Below are positions 11,176 to 22,048 of a stretch of DNA of 63,233 nucleotides, piece by piece. Each line of letters starts with the position of its first letter. Position 1 is the first letter of the stretch. Under the pieces are notes generated by a model, which did no database searches, had not been told where the DNA came from, and worked only from the letters and a program-made list of their open reading frames with translations. The translations under genes were made by a program, and so were the position numbers. The DNA comes from an uncultured Rhodospirillaceae bacterium (lineage in GTDB: Bacteria; Pseudomonadota; Alphaproteobacteria; Rhodospirillales; UBA2165): assembly GCA_964643045.1 (NCBI GenBank), contig CAZXSC010000005.1, positions 1-63,233 on the forward strand, written 5' to 3'.

Positions 11176-11757
11176 ATGAGAATGATACGTAGCCTTGGGT
11201 ATTCTTTTTTGTTTTTGGCTTTGGTTCTTTTAAGCTCTCACCGGGTTTTGTCGCAAGAAAATACAATTACCATTACCATGGGCATGCTTGATGTCAATTG
11301 GGTAACGCGTCAATCGCTATTGGCTAAAGATATAGCAAGAAAAATTGATTCGAAACGCAGGAAATTTATGGCAGAGATAAAGAAAGAAGAAAATATCCTC
11401 AGAAAAATTGATGATGAATTACAAAAAAAACGGGTTCTCTTATCTCCCACAGCTTTTGATGATGAAACCCGCGGTTTTCGGGTAAAAACCTCTGCCCTTA
11501 GAAAGAAGGTGCAAATTCGCAATCAGGAACTCGCTCGGTTTAGAGCGCGCGCAGATCTTGTGCTGAATAAGGAAATTCAAAAAGCACTAATTCAAGTATC
11601 AAAAAAAGATAAATTAAATTTGGTTTTTCGATATACACCTGAGCTAATCCTTGTCCGTCCTGATGCCCTGGACATTTCTGGAGCTGTTCTTGATGCGTTA
11701 AATAAGAACATTCCAAAATACTCTATTCCAGTTACTACAAATAAATCAGGAAAGTGA
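11176..11757 (+). CDS. skp: OmpH/Skp family periplasmic chaperone
   Basis: Signal peptide, basic coiled-coil region and LDISGAVLDALN end; lies between bamA and lpxD. Confidence 0.85.
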   Translation: MRMIRSLGYSFLFLALVLLSSHRVLSQENTITITMGMLDVNWVTRQSLLAKDIARKIDSKRRKFMAEIKKEENILRKIDDELQKKRVLLSPTAFDDETRGFRVKTSALRKKVQIRNQELARFRARADLVLNKEIQKALIQVSKKDKLNLVFRYTPELILVRPDALDISGAVLDALNKNIPKYSIPVTTNKSGK

Positions 11758-11760
11758 ACG

Positions 11761-12786
11761 ATGGCTGATCCCCGCTTTTTTAAGGTTGAGGGGCCGTTTA
11801 ATATAGAACAATTAGCTGAAATTAGTGGCTCCAAAATTGGAGGAGATGTTAATAAGGATGCGATGTTCTTTGATGTTTGCTCACTATCTTTAGCTTCTCG
11901 GAAAGATGTGAGTTTTCTCGACAATCCACGTTATGTGGATGAATACCGCTTCTCCAACGCAGGAGCAATTGTAGTTGATGCAAAAATGGTTGATAAAGCT
12001 CCTTCCGGAGCCGCCCTTCTTATTTTGGACGATCCGTATTTAGGCTACGCAAGATTAACGCAAGCTTTTTATCCACGTCTGTCACAATTGCACCGAAACA
12101 TTGATGAAGACGCTAACGTTAGCTCCTCGGCAAACGTGGGAAGAAATATCGTGGTGGAATGTGGAGCAGTTATCAAAAAAAATGTTCAAATTGGTGATAA
12201 TTGTTTGATTGGGGCTAACACATATATTGGTTCCGGTGTTGAGATAGGAAATAACTGTAACATTGGACCTAATGTAACACTAACTCATTGTATATTGGGG
12301 GATAATAATATCATTCATCCGGGAGTTCGGATAGGGCAAGATGGTTTTGGGTTTGCCCCTGGGGTACCTGTTCACAAAAAGGTCGAACAATTAGGTCGTG
12401 TAATCATTGGAGATGAAGTAGAAATTGGAGCAAACACTGCGATCGATAGAGGAGCTCTAGCTGATACTGTAATTGGAGATGGCACTAAAATAGATAATTT
12501 AGTGCATATTGCTCATAATGTGGAGATAGGACAAGGCTGCTTCATAACAGCTCAAAACGGTATCGCCGGTAGTGCTAAAGTGGGTGACTTCGTCTCTTTA
12601 GGAGGACAAGCGGGTGTCGCTGGACATGTAAGTATTGGTAATGGAGTTAAGATAGCTGCTCAGAGTGGTGTCACCAAAGATTTGACGCCCGGTGAGAAGG
12701 TTGCGGGCACTCCCGCCCAAGATAGGAGGCAGCACTGGAAAGCCATTGCAATTCTAAAAAGATTGTCTAAAGAGAAAAGAGGTTAG
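11761..12786 (+). CDS. lpxD: UDP-3-O-(3-hydroxyacyl)glucosamine N-acyltransferase
   Basis: Hexapeptide repeats, GQDGFGF and KIDNLVHIAHNV. Confidence 0.98.
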   Translation: MADPRFFKVEGPFNIEQLAEISGSKIGGDVNKDAMFFDVCSLSLASRKDVSFLDNPRYVDEYRFSNAGAIVVDAKMVDKAPSGAALLILDDPYLGYARLTQAFYPRLSQLHRNIDEDANVSSSANVGRNIVVECGAVIKKNVQIGDNCLIGANTYIGSGVEIGNNCNIGPNVTLTHCILGDNNIIHPGVRIGQDGFGFAPGVPVHKKVEQLGRVIIGDEVEIGANTAIDRGALADTVIGDGTKIDNLVHIAHNVEIGQGCFITAQNGIAGSAKVGDFVSLGGQAGVAGHVSIGNGVKIAAQSGVTKDLTPGEKVAGTPAQDRRQHWKAIAILKRLSKEKRG

Positions 12787-12788
12787 TT

Positions 12789-13259
12789 ATGGAATTAGAG
12801 AAAGTGATGACGGATCATAACCTAATTGATATAGAGAATATTTTAACGATGATTCCCCACCGATATCCATTTTTGATGATCGATCGAGTAGATAACTTGA
12901 TAGTTGATGAAAGTGCAACCGGCCATAAGAATGTAACTATTAATGAACCTCATTTTCAAGGTCATTTCCCACGAAAGCCTATTATGCCAGGGGTTCTAAT
13001 TATCGAAGCAATGGCGCAGACAGCGGCCGTGTTGGTGGTGCATTCTTTAAATGGGCACACAGAAGGCAAACTTGTTTATTTTATGTCTGTAGAAAATGCA
13101 AAATTTCGAAGTCCGGTGCAACCGGGAGATGTACTACAAATTCCTGTAAAAGTTAAGCAGCATAGAAAAAGTGTGTGGAAATTTGAAGGGCTAGCTAAAG
13201 TTAGTACTACTATTGTTGCCGAAGCTACCTTTACTGCGATGATAATTGATGATGAATAA
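12789..13259 (+). CDS. fabZ: 3-hydroxyacyl-ACP dehydratase
   Basis: IPHRYPFLMIDRV and FQGHFPRKPIMPGVLIIEAMAQ. Confidence 0.99.
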   Translation: MELEKVMTDHNLIDIENILTMIPHRYPFLMIDRVDNLIVDESATGHKNVTINEPHFQGHFPRKPIMPGVLIIEAMAQTAAVLVVHSLNGHTEGKLVYFMSVENAKFRSPVQPGDVLQIPVKVKQHRKSVWKFEGLAKVSTTIVAEATFTAMIIDDE

Positions 13260-14052
13260 AATTCACCCAACAGCGATTATAGAAGACGGAGCTATGATCG
13301 GAATCGGTACTGAGATAGGGGCCTATTGCTGCATTGGCAGCGAGGTAGTTTTGGGAGACAATACAAAACTTGAATCTCATGTAGTTCTATCTGGAGCAAC
13401 GTTAATTGGGGAGGGTACGCATATATATCCTTTTGCATCAATAGGCCATTCTCCGCAAGATCTTAAGTACAAAGGAGAGAAATCAAGGCTCGAAATTGGT
13501 ACTAATAATATTATTCGGGAATATGTTACGATGAACCCAGGAACCGCTGGGGGAGGGTTGCTAACCAAAGTAGGGGATAATTGCTTATTTATGATGTCGT
13601 CGCATGTTGCTCACGATTGTACCGTTGGTGACAATGTTATACTTGTCAATAACGCAACGTTAGGGGGACACGTTTCCATTGGTGATTTCGCTATCATTGG
13701 AGGGTTGGCAGCTGTTCATCAGTTTGTTCGGATAGGACGTCATGCTATGATTGGTGGTTGCTCAGGAGTGGAAAATGATGTCATTCCTTATGGTTCAGTT
13801 GTTGGTAATCGCGCTTATTTATCAGGTTTGAATTTGGTTGGCCTAAAACGCCGCGGATTTTCCCGTGAAATTATTCACGATTTGCGACGAGCTTATCGAC
13901 TTTTATTTTCTCTTGAAGGAACTCAGGCTGAAAGAATGGCGGATGTATCTGACCTATTTTCGGGTATTGAACCTGTAATCGAAGTATTGGATTTTATGGG
14001 CGCAGAATCTTCTCGGTCTATTTGTCAGCCGTTGTTAGAGGATGCAGCCTAA
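13252..14052 (+). CDS. lpxA: Acyl-ACP--UDP-N-acetylglucosamine O-acyltransferase
   Basis: KIHPTAII, PQDLKY and HVAHDC motifs; exact start among 13246/13249/13252 uncertain. Confidence 0.98.
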   Translation: MNKIHPTAIIEDGAMIGIGTEIGAYCCIGSEVVLGDNTKLESHVVLSGATLIGEGTHIYPFASIGHSPQDLKYKGEKSRLEIGTNNIIREYVTMNPGTAGGGLLTKVGDNCLFMMSSHVAHDCTVGDNVILVNNATLGGHVSIGDFAIIGGLAAVHQFVRIGRHAMIGGCSGVENDVIPYGSVVGNRAYLSGLNLVGLKRRGFSREIIHDLRRAYRLLFSLEGTQAERMADVSDLFSGIEPVIEVLDFMGAESSRSICQPLLEDAA

Positions 14053-14881
14053 ACTTGGTATCATTGCTGGCGGAGGAAGCCTGCCGCGGAGGATTATTGA
14101 TGTATGTCAAGCCTCTAAGCGCTCCTATTATGTGATTGGTATAATGGGACATGCATCCGCAACGGCATTAGATGGTACTCCACATAGTTGGGTGCATATT
14201 AGCAAAGCAGGTGTTGGTTTTAAAATTTTAAAAGACGAAAATGTAAAAGAGGTTGTAATGATTGGCGACGTGAAATTGCCATCATTACTCGAAATAGTCC
14301 CCGATTATCGGAGCATCAAGTTCTTTACTAAAGTGGCTCTACGATCCTTATTTAAATTCGTTGGTGATAACAGTTTATTAACAGCTGTGGCAGCTGAAAT
14401 GGAGAAGGAAGGATTTGTTGTAATTGGAATAGATGACATTATTGAAGATTTGTTGGCGCCAGAGGGTTTACTCGGGTCTGTTGAAATTGCGAAAGAATTT
14501 TTTTCTGACATAGATTTTGGCGTCAGAGCTGCATTAAGCTTAGGCAAGCGTGATCTGGGGCAAGCGGTGATAGTCAAGTCCGGTAAAGTAATTATTGAGG
14601 AAGGAATTAATGGTACCGCACAAATGATCAAAGACAGCTTAAACCTTACTCCTAGAGGCGTTGGAGGACTATTAGTTAAATTAAAAAAACCCGGACAAGA
14701 CCGACGAATGGATTTGCCAACTATTGGGGTTAATACAGTTCTGGAGGCCAGTGAAGCCGGTTTATCTGGTATCATTATTCAAGCTGGTGAGACAATCATT
14801 ATTGACCGTGAAAAGGTCATTTCGACAGCAAATAAGAAGGGAATTTTTGTTAATGCCTTAGTTTTAAAGGATATCAAATGA
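14042..14881 (+). CDS. lpxI: UDP-2,3-diacylglucosamine diphosphatase LpxI
   Basis: LGIIAGGGSLP, DLGQAV and KPGQDRRMDLPTIG; lies between lpxA and lpxB. Confidence 0.95.
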   Translation: MQPKLGIIAGGGSLPRRIIDVCQASKRSYYVIGIMGHASATALDGTPHSWVHISKAGVGFKILKDENVKEVVMIGDVKLPSLLEIVPDYRSIKFFTKVALRSLFKFVGDNSLLTAVAAEMEKEGFVVIGIDDIIEDLLAPEGLLGSVEIAKEFFSDIDFGVRAALSLGKRDLGQAVIVKSGKVIIEEGINGTAQMIKDSLNLTPRGVGGLLVKLKKPGQDRRMDLPTIGVNTVLEASEAGLSGIIIQAGETIIIDREKVISTANKKGIFVNALVLKDIK

Positions 14882-16020
14882 AAATTCCGCATGTTTATAT
14901 AGTTGCTGGAGAGCCATCGGGTGATCGATTGGGTGCACGTTTAATAGCCGCTGTCAGAAGAAAAACCGGAGACAAAGTTAAACTGTCAGGCATAGGAGGA
15001 CCCGAAATGGAGGCGCAGGGGTTGAAGAGTTATTTCCCAATGTCAGAACTTACTGGAATGGGATTTCTGGAGATTTTGCCCAAGCTTCCTAACATAGTTA
15101 GGCGGATTAAAGATACCGTTACCCACATCTTATCAAATAAGCCAGACGTAGTCATAACGATTGATATCCCGGACTTTTCATTCCGTGTTGCCAAACGGCT
15201 TCGCGGAAAGAACATTCCACTAATCCATTATGTGGCGCCATCCGTTTGGGCCTGGAAACCTTCGAGAGCAAAAAAAATAGCCGCTATTATTGATCATTTG
15301 TTAACCCTGTTACCCTTTGAGCCTGCTTATTTTACAAGAGAAGGCCTTGTCAGTTCATTCGTGGGACATCCAGTTATTGAAAGTGGTGCTGATCAGGGTG
15401 ATGGCATTAATTTTAGGACCCGTCATAATATTCCAACAGAAGCCAAGGTTTTATGCCTTTTGCCAGGTAGCCGGCAAAATGAAGTTGTTAGAATATTACC
15501 TGTATTAAAAGACACGGTTCAACTCTTGAATTATGCAAATCTCCACCTTGTGATGCCAACCACTGCAGCAGTTAAGGCTGAGGTTTGTAATCAGTTAGAA
15601 TCTTGGGATAAAATTCCTATTGTTGTGAGCAGTGATAGGGACAAATTTGCAGCTTTTTCAGCTTCAAATTGCGGAATAGCTGCTTCGGGCACAGTTTCCT
15701 TAGAATTGGCTATAGCAGGCGTACCTCATGTAACTGTGTACAAAGTTAATTGGTTGACGGCCGTTATTGCACGCAGAATGGTTAGAACGCCTTATGTAAA
15801 CTTGATAAATATCCTATTGGATCGGGAAGTTGTGCCTGAGCTAATACAAGAAGCGTGTAAAAGTGATATAATAGCCTCATACATTTCAAGTTATTTGATA
15901 GATTCAAACGCAGCAAAAGCACAAATCAATAGTTTTAACCAAGCTATTATTCAGCTGCAAAACGGAGATATAGCTCCCAGTGATAAGGCAGCAAACATTG
16001 TGATTGATATTATTGGTTAG
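14878..16020 (+). CDS. lpxB: Lipid-A-disaccharide synthase
   Basis: VAGEPSGDRLG, HYVAPSVWAW, LLPGSR and ASGTVSLE motifs. Confidence 0.98.
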   Translation: MKIPHVYIVAGEPSGDRLGARLIAAVRRKTGDKVKLSGIGGPEMEAQGLKSYFPMSELTGMGFLEILPKLPNIVRRIKDTVTHILSNKPDVVITIDIPDFSFRVAKRLRGKNIPLIHYVAPSVWAWKPSRAKKIAAIIDHLLTLLPFEPAYFTREGLVSSFVGHPVIESGADQGDGINFRTRHNIPTEAKVLCLLPGSRQNEVVRILPVLKDTVQLLNYANLHLVMPTTAAVKAEVCNQLESWDKIPIVVSSDRDKFAAFSASNCGIAASGTVSLELAIAGVPHVTVYKVNWLTAVIARRMVRTPYVNLINILLDREVVPELIQEACKSDIIASYISSYLIDSNAAKAQINSFNQAIIQLQNGDIAPSDKAANIVIDIIG

Positions 16021-16038
16021 AAAGGAAGTTAATAAAAA

Positions 16039-16446
16039 ATGGATGATTTAAAAAGTAAATTTAGGTTATTGCATACGATGATTAGGGTTCTTAATCTGGA
16101 AAAGTCCATTGATTTTTATACACGACATCTGGGGATGAAACTCCTTAGACGAAAAGACTTTGAGGGTGGACGGTTTACCTTAGCTTTTTTGGGTTATGGA
16201 GACGAAAATGAAACAACTGTAATCGAGCTTACTCATAATTGGGATCAGGCTGTCGCTTACGATCAGGGCAGTGCATTTGGTCATCTTGCAATAGCAGTAC
16301 CAGATGCTTATGCTGTGTGCCAAGTTATGGAGAATGAGGGGGTTAAAGTTCCTCGGCCTGCTGGTCCGATGAAGGGGGGATCACGAATTATTGCGTTTGT
16401 GGAAGATCCCGATGGGTATAAAATAGAATTGGTACAGCGAGATTAG
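16039..16446 (+). CDS. gloA: Lactoylglutathione lyase (glyoxalase I)
   Basis: LLHTMIRV, IELTHNWD and FVEDPDGYKIEL motifs. Confidence 0.96.
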   Translation: MDDLKSKFRLLHTMIRVLNLEKSIDFYTRHLGMKLLRRKDFEGGRFTLAFLGYGDENETTVIELTHNWDQAVAYDQGSAFGHLAIAVPDAYAVCQVMENEGVKVPRPAGPMKGGSRIIAFVEDPDGYKIELVQRD

Positions 16447-16498
16447 CGTTATAAACGGCGATGTTTGATGATTTTCAAACTACATTAGGCTCGATTGT

Positions 16499-17815
16499 CT
16501 AACGATTATCCAACGGGACATAGTCACGGATTGTTTCGCCAAGGTAGAGTTGCCGTGGGCGACCAATTTTTTGCGTGGGGTCTTCGATCATTTCATTCCA
16601 CTGTGAAATCCAACCAACAGTTCGTGCAACAGCAAATAGAACTGTGAACATTGATTCAGGTATGCCTATAGCCTTAAAGATTATACCTGAATAAAAATCG
16701 ACGTTTGGATATAATTTTCTTTCAATGAAGTATTCATCATTAAGAGCTATTCGTTCCAATTCCATTGCTAGATCCAGTAGAGGTTCATCTTCAATTCCGA
16801 GTTCTTTGAGCACCTCATGGCAAGATTCTTGCATCACTTTTGCACGTGGGTCGAAATTTTTATAGACCCTGTGTCCAAAACCCATTAGGCGAAACGGATC
16901 ATCTTTGTCCTTCGCTCTTTTTACAAACTTAGGGATATTATCTACACTATTAATTTCATTTAGCATTCTTAAAACAGCTTCATTAGCGCCTCCATGGGCT
17001 GGGCCCCATAAGGAGGCTATGCCAGCGGCTATACAAGCAAAAGGATTTGCTCCACTGGATCCAGCTAAACGCACGGTTGAGGTTGATGCATTTTGTTCGT
17101 GGTCGGCGTGTAGAATTAGTATCCGATCCATCGCTTTTGATAGAGTTGGGCTTACTTGATAGTCTTCTGCAGGAGTTGCGAACATCATGTGTAAAAAGTT
17201 TTCGGCAAAACCAAGATCGTTTCGAGGAGAGATAAATGGTTGCCCAATAGAATATTTGAATGCTTGCGCTGCAATGGTCGGTACTTTTGCAATTAGGCGA
17301 TGTGAAGACACCATTCGATGGTGGGGATCGTTAATATCTAAACTGTCATGATAAAATGCCGCAAGAGCCCCAATAACTCCGCACATCACAGCCATCGGAT
17401 GAGCATCACGGCGAAAACCATGAAAAAATGTGTTAAATGATTCATGCAACATGGTATGGCGGGTTATATGGTTAACGAATTTGTTTTTTTCTTCCTTATT
17501 TGGTAACTCTCCGTAGAGAAGGAGGTAACATGTCTCTAAGTAGTCTGAATGTTGTGCTAGTTGATCGATGGGGTAGCCTCGATGCAATAGAATACCTTTT
17601 TCACCGTCAATGTATGTGATTTTAGATTCACAACTACCAGTTGATGTAAAGCCTGGGTCAAAAGTAAAACAATTTGTATCCGAATAAAGACGCCGAACGT
17701 CGATGACTTTTGGGCCAACCGAACCCTTCATCACGGGTAGTTCCCACGAGTTCCCATCTGAGTTGTTGGTTAATGTGAAGGTAGGTTGATTTTTAATATT
17801 CACGCATTTATCCAA
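16499..17815 (-). CDS. gltA: Citrate synthase (type II)
   Basis: [31 protein letters not shown] and YPNVDFYSG motifs. Confidence 0.99.
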   Translation of the reverse strand: MDKCVNIKNQPTFTLTNNSDGNSWELPVMKGSVGPKVIDVRRLYSDTNCFTFDPGFTSTGSCESKITYIDGEKGILLHRGYPIDQLAQHSDYLETCYLLLYGELPNKEEKNKFVNHITRHTMLHESFNTFFHGFRRDAHPMAVMCGVIGALAAFYHDSLDINDPHHRMVSSHRLIAKVPTIAAQAFKYSIGQPFISPRNDLGFAENFLHMMFATPAEDYQVSPTLSKAMDRILILHADHEQNASTSTVRLAGSSGANPFACIAAGIASLWGPAHGGANEAVLRMLNEINSVDNIPKFVKRAKDKDDPFRLMGFGHRVYKNFDPRAKVMQESCHEVLKELGIEDEPLLDLAMELERIALNDEYFIERKLYPNVDFYSGIIFKAIGIPESMFTVLFAVARTVGWISQWNEMIEDPTQKIGRPRQLYLGETIRDYVPLDNR

Positions 17816-17908
17816 TTTCCTTTATGTTACGCGAGCGGATATATGAATATTTACGGTACAATGTCAAGCAAAGTACTGAATTTCTGTCATAAATTAGAAA
17901 ATTGTGGA

Positions 17909-19309
17909 TCATAAGGCGTCTTTTAAACGGCTTAAAGTTTCTTTTTTTCCTAAAACTCTCATTACCTCAGAAATACCGGGTGCTGGTAAATCTCCACATA
18001 GGGCAGAGCGAAGCGGTTGGGCAATTTTACCGAGGCTTTTGCCAGTTTTTTCAGCTATTTCTCGCATAAGTTGAGATAATTCATCCCTACCCCAGGTTTC
18101 GAGGTTCTTTAACTCTTCGTACAAGTCTCCGAGAGTGTTAAGGTTGATTTTATCTAATTTTTTAATTTCATTTTCCTCGATCAAAATTGGTCTTTTAATG
18201 CAATAAATTATTGAATTATCAACGAGTTCTTTTATATTATTAACTCTATGCTTTAATTCATCAATTCCCTTCTTGAGACGTATTTTTGTTTCTGGTGAAA
18301 TCCTATCTCCGAGTAAGTTATTAATTTCGGGTATCATAAGGTTAATTAAACGATCATTATCACAATATCTTATATAATGATTGCTTAAGTTATTCAATTT
18401 GTCCATGTCAAAGCGTGAAGGCGATTTACCCACTTTTTTAATTCGGAACCATTTAATAGCCTGTTCTTTGCTAATTATTTCGTGGTTACCGTGGGACCAC
18501 CCTAATCGAAGAAGGTAATTATTTATTGCTTCTGGCAAAAAACCCATCTCTTTATAAGCATTAATGCCAAGAGCTCCATGGCGTTTAGATAATTTTTTCC
18601 CATCAACACCGTGTAACAAAGGCATGTGCGCAAAAACTGGCAACTTCCAATTCATGGCCTTATAAATTTGAATTTGGCGGAATGTATTGGTTAAATGGTC
18701 GTCACCCCTTACTACATGGGTAATATCCATTTCGTGGTCATCGACGACAACAGCAAGCATATAAGTTGGAGTTCCATCTGACCGTAGAAGAACCATATCG
18801 TCGATATTACAATTGTCGACCGTCACTGGACCTTGAATAGCATCTTCTATAGTTGAGTTACCTTCGAGCTGAACACGAAGACGGATGGAGGGTTCTATTT
18901 TTAGGGGAGCTTTTGATGGGTCTTTATCACGCCAAGTCCCATCATAAAGTCTTGTACTCCCTTGCTTTAGAGCTTTATCACGCATTTGTGCAAGTTCTTC
19001 AGGAGTGCAAAAACAGCGGTAGGCCAAACCTTTTTCAACTAATTGATTGGCAACATTAATATGCCGGTGGCGACGTTCAAATTGCGAAAACACTTCACCA
19101 TCCCAATCAATCCCCAGCCATTTTAACCCGTTATAAATTGCTTCAACAGCTTCATTAGTTGAACGTTTTTGGTCTGTGTCTTCGATGCGTAATAAAAATT
19201 TTCCACCGTGATGCTTGGCAAGTAGCCAATTAAAAAGTGCGGTGCGGGCGCCACCTATGTGCAAAAAGCCTGTGGGCGAGGGTGCAAATCGCGTAACTAT
19301 TTCTGACAA
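17909..19309 (-). CDS. gltX: Glutamate--tRNA ligase
   Basis: RFAPSPTGFLHIGG (HIGH-like) and KKLSKR (KMSKS-like) motifs. Confidence 0.98.
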   Translation of the reverse strand: MSEIVTRFAPSPTGFLHIGGARTALFNWLLAKHHGGKFLLRIEDTDQKRSTNEAVEAIYNGLKWLGIDWDGEVFSQFERRHRHINVANQLVEKGLAYRCFCTPEELAQMRDKALKQGSTRLYDGTWRDKDPSKAPLKIEPSIRLRVQLEGNSTIEDAIQGPVTVDNCNIDDMVLLRSDGTPTYMLAVVVDDHEMDITHVVRGDDHLTNTFRQIQIYKAMNWKLPVFAHMPLLHGVDGKKLSKRHGALGINAYKEMGFLPEAINNYLLRLGWSHGNHEIISKEQAIKWFRIKKVGKSPSRFDMDKLNNLSNHYIRYCDNDRLINLMIPEINNLLGDRISPETKIRLKKGIDELKHRVNNIKELVDNSIIYCIKRPILIEENEIKKLDKINLNTLGDLYEELKNLETWGRDELSQLMREIAEKTGKSLGKIAQPLRSALCGDLPAPGISEVMRVLGKKETLSRLKDAL

Positions 19310-19422
19310 GACTATTTAACCTGCTATATTTAACTACCAAATTGACTTGGACTTATATTTAAACTAATGCACTTTTGATGAGTTGTGTCTCATCGTTTTA
19401 TAATTACTACTTTTTGAATTAA

Positions 19423-20112
19423 TTAGTGATAAGTGCGAAATAATCCAACTAATTTTCCTTGGATGTGTACACGATCAGGACCAAATATTCTCGTTTCATA
19501 ATCATTATTTGCTGCTTCTAAGGCTATAGTCCCCCCTTTTATTCGTATGCGTTTTAGTGTTGCTTCTTTATTATCTATAAGTGCCACTACAATTGTTCCA
19601 TTTTCTGCCGTGTCACATTTTTCGATTACCACTGTGTCACCATCGTTTATTCCAGCGTCAATCATGGAATCTCCTTCAACTTCTAATGCGTAGCGTTCGC
19701 CCTTTCCTGACATATTTGCGGGAACATAAACAAAATTGGTAGGATCACTTATTGCTTCTATAGGAGTGCCTGCAGCAATTTTCCCGAGGAACGGAATTTC
19801 AAGTGGGTCATTTGCAGGCGTTGGTAACTGATCCTTAGCTCGAAAATCACCCTTTATTATATTGGATTTACTACTTTGGGGCATCCTTGCGGGAAAATTT
19901 TTTGGGAGTTTAATAATTTCTAAAGCCCGTGCTCGGTGAGGTAGTCTGCGAATAAAACCTCTTTCTTCTAGTCCGGTAATTAAGCGATGGATACCAGATT
20001 TAGACTTGAGATCTAATGCACGCCTCATTTCATCGAAAGAAGGTGATACACCAGAATTACGCAATTTATTATCGATGAATATTAGTAATTCGTATTGCTT
20101 CTTGGTAAGCAT
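19423..20112 (-). CDS. lexA: SOS repressor LexA
   Basis: Alphaproteobacterial [25 protein letters not shown], Ala-Gly cleavage site IAAGTP, catalytic GDSM and TLK. Confidence 0.99.
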   Translation of the reverse strand: MLTKKQYELLIFIDNKLRNSGVSPSFDEMRRALDLKSKSGIHRLITGLEERGFIRRLPHRARALEIIKLPKNFPARMPQSSKSNIIKGDFRAKDQLPTPANDPLEIPFLGKIAAGTPIEAISDPTNFVYVPANMSGKGERYALEVEGDSMIDAGINDGDTVVIEKCDTAENGTIVVALIDNKEATLKRIRIKGGTIALEAANNDYETRIFGPDRVHIQGKLVGLFRTYH

Positions 20113-20127
20113 TTTATAACCTCCTTA

Positions 20128-20175
20128 AGATCTATCTAGCTGGATACTGTTAGATCTATTTAATTGGATACTGTT
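20128..20175. repeat. Tandem duplication of a 24-bp unit upstream of lexA
   Basis: AGATCTATCTAGCTGGATACTGTT (20128-51) directly followed by AGATCTATTTAATTGGATACTGTT (20152-75); 21 of 24 positions identical. Confidence 0.85.
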
Positions 20176-20243
20176 CCAAATTGTTAGAAAGCAAATACTA
20201 AAATAGATTATATTAATTGGTTTGTATAACTAGACTGGTTGTA

Positions 20244-20281
20244 GAACAAAATTTAAACTCACGAATGTTCTATTTTAGTTC
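20244..20281. promoter_or_regulatory. Alphaproteobacterial LexA (SOS) boxes
   Basis: Perfect GTTC-N7-GTTC at 20267-20281 and one-mismatch GAAC-N7-AAAC at 20244-20258, both upstream of lexA. Confidence 0.85.
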
Positions 20282-20337
20282 TTATTTCAGGTCAATAGAA
20301 AAATTATCAAAATTCAACGTTTTTAGACTTGCCGAGC

Positions 20338-21564
20338 TTAATAAAAGTTGTCTAGTCGAATAATTTCTGCAGGTTGACCTGCGCTTAATGCTGCAGCAAA
20401 AGGAGGCCGGATTACTAGGCACTGAGCTTTTGCAAATGTTGCAAGCATTGAGCTATCTTGTTTATCAAATGGAGTAGCAATGGTTTCTCCCATCTTTCCT
20501 ATTGAAACGGTAGCTCTTAAATAATCTTGGCGTTTATCGTTTGGATTTAAGTCGCATCCGATAGTAGCGGTTTCTGTGACGTGTGATGTAACTTCTGCAC
20601 CTAACATCTTGTTCATTGCTGGTTTAAGAAATAACGCCGCGGTTATACCTGCCGACACCGGGTTGCCGGGCAGGCCAAGCATTGGAAATCCCGAGAGCAT
20701 GCCAAATATCAAAGGTTTACCCGGACGCATTGCCACGCGACTGAATATTATATTTAAGCCTTCTTCACTTAAGACGGATTTTATCAAATCATAATCTCCG
20801 ACGGATGCTCCCCCAATCGTGACTAACATATCTATTCCGGATATTTTCGAAATAATATCCTTAATAACATCAGGGTTATCTTTGGCGATACCAAGATTAA
20901 TTGGTAACCCGCCTTCTGCGGCAACCAAGGCAGCCAAACCTATATTATTTGAACTGATGATTTGTTCTGATCCTCTGGCTTCTCCAGGCAAAACAAGTTC
21001 ATCACCAGTTGACAATATAGCTACCCTAGGTTTACGAATAACTTTTAGCCAAGGTAGGTTCATTGCTGCAGCGAGTGCTAGATTCCTGTAATTTAGTCTT
21101 GTCCCAGCAGTAAGAAGTACATCATCTTTTTTAAAGTCAAGCCCCGCCGGGCGAATATATTTCCCGATCGGTACTGGATTACTAACGATCACTTGGTCGC
21201 CAGATTTTTCAACGTCTTCTTGAATAATAATAGCATTTGCGCCGTCAGGAACGGGGGCTCCCGTGAAAATACGCACGGTCTGTCCCGCTTTAATCTTAGC
21301 CTTAAAACCGTTACCGGCGGCTGATACTCCAATTTGAGTTAATGAGGTTGGTGTTGTCGCCAGATCATCTACCGATACAGCATAACCGTCCATAGCAGAT
21401 ACAGACGTTGGGGGTTGAGTGACTCTGGAGGCTAAATCTATTGCTAAAATACGGTTTCGGGCATCGGAAATAGAAATATCCTCAGTGCTCAATTTGCGCA
21501 CTTCTGACAAAATTTTTTGCAATGCATCATCTACGCTGATTAAAGTGTCAGTTATTTTTTTCAT
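20338..21564 (-). CDS. moeA: Molybdopterin molybdenumtransferase
   Basis: SAMDGYA, RIFTGAPVP, STGDEL and LPGNPVS motifs. Confidence 0.98.
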   Translation of the reverse strand: MKKITDTLISVDDALQKILSEVRKLSTEDISISDARNRILAIDLASRVTQPPTSVSAMDGYAVSVDDLATTPTSLTQIGVSAAGNGFKAKIKAGQTVRIFTGAPVPDGANAIIIQEDVEKSGDQVIVSNPVPIGKYIRPAGLDFKKDDVLLTAGTRLNYRNLALAAAMNLPWLKVIRKPRVAILSTGDELVLPGEARGSEQIISSNNIGLAALVAAEGGLPINLGIAKDNPDVIKDIISKISGIDMLVTIGGASVGDYDLIKSVLSEEGLNIIFSRVAMRPGKPLIFGMLSGFPMLGLPGNPVSAGITAALFLKPAMNKMLGAEVTSHVTETATIGCDLNPNDKRQDYLRATVSIGKMGETIATPFDKQDSSMLATFAKAQCLVIRPPFAAALSAGQPAEIIRLDNFY

Positions 21565-21570
21565 CGTCCA

Positions 21571-22047
21571 TTAAGAGCTTTTGAACTCGCCAGATTCACC
21601 GCCAGATTTATGGAGTAAACGAATATCGCTTAATCGTATACCTCGATCGACCGCCTTACACATATCATAAATTGTTAGGGCTGCTATCGAGACAGCAGTT
21701 AAAGCTTCCATTTCTACTCCAGTTTTACCCGATAGTTTGCAGGTTGAGACTATATCAACAGCGTTCCTTGCCGGATCGGTGTTTAATTCTACTTTCACCG
21801 AGGTTAAGTTCAGGGGATGGCATAGAGGTATCAAGTCAGGTGTTCGCTTTGCTGCCATTATACCCGCGATTTGGGCGATGGATAATACGTCACCCTTTTT
21901 TATTTCTTTTTTACTTATTAACTCCAGTGTTGATGAAGCCATATAAACTGAGCCCCTAGCTGTTGCTGTGCGCTCAGTTTTTCCCTTATTTGAAACGTCT
22001 ACCATAATTGCATTTCCAGCATGATCAATGTGTGTCAGTTTACTCAT
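21571..22047 (-). CDS. moaC: Cyclic pyranopterin monophosphate synthase
   Basis: [20 protein letters not shown] and TGVEMEALT; start moved to ATG at 22047. Confidence 0.98.
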   Translation of the reverse strand: MSKLTHIDHAGNAIMVDVSNKGKTERTATARGSVYMASSTLELISKKEIKKGDVLSIAQIAGIMAAKRTPDLIPLCHPLNLTSVKVELNTDPARNAVDIVSTCKLSGKTGVEMEALTAVSIAALTIYDMCKAVDRGIRLSDIRLLHKSGGESGEFKSS

Positions 22048-22048
22048 A

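Noticed and set aside
11755-11763. skp TGA stop in frame with the lpxD start (TGA ACG ATG), possible read-through fusion
   Set aside because: Both proteins are complete, there is no Cys/redox context, and a periplasmic-cytoplasmic fusion is implausible.
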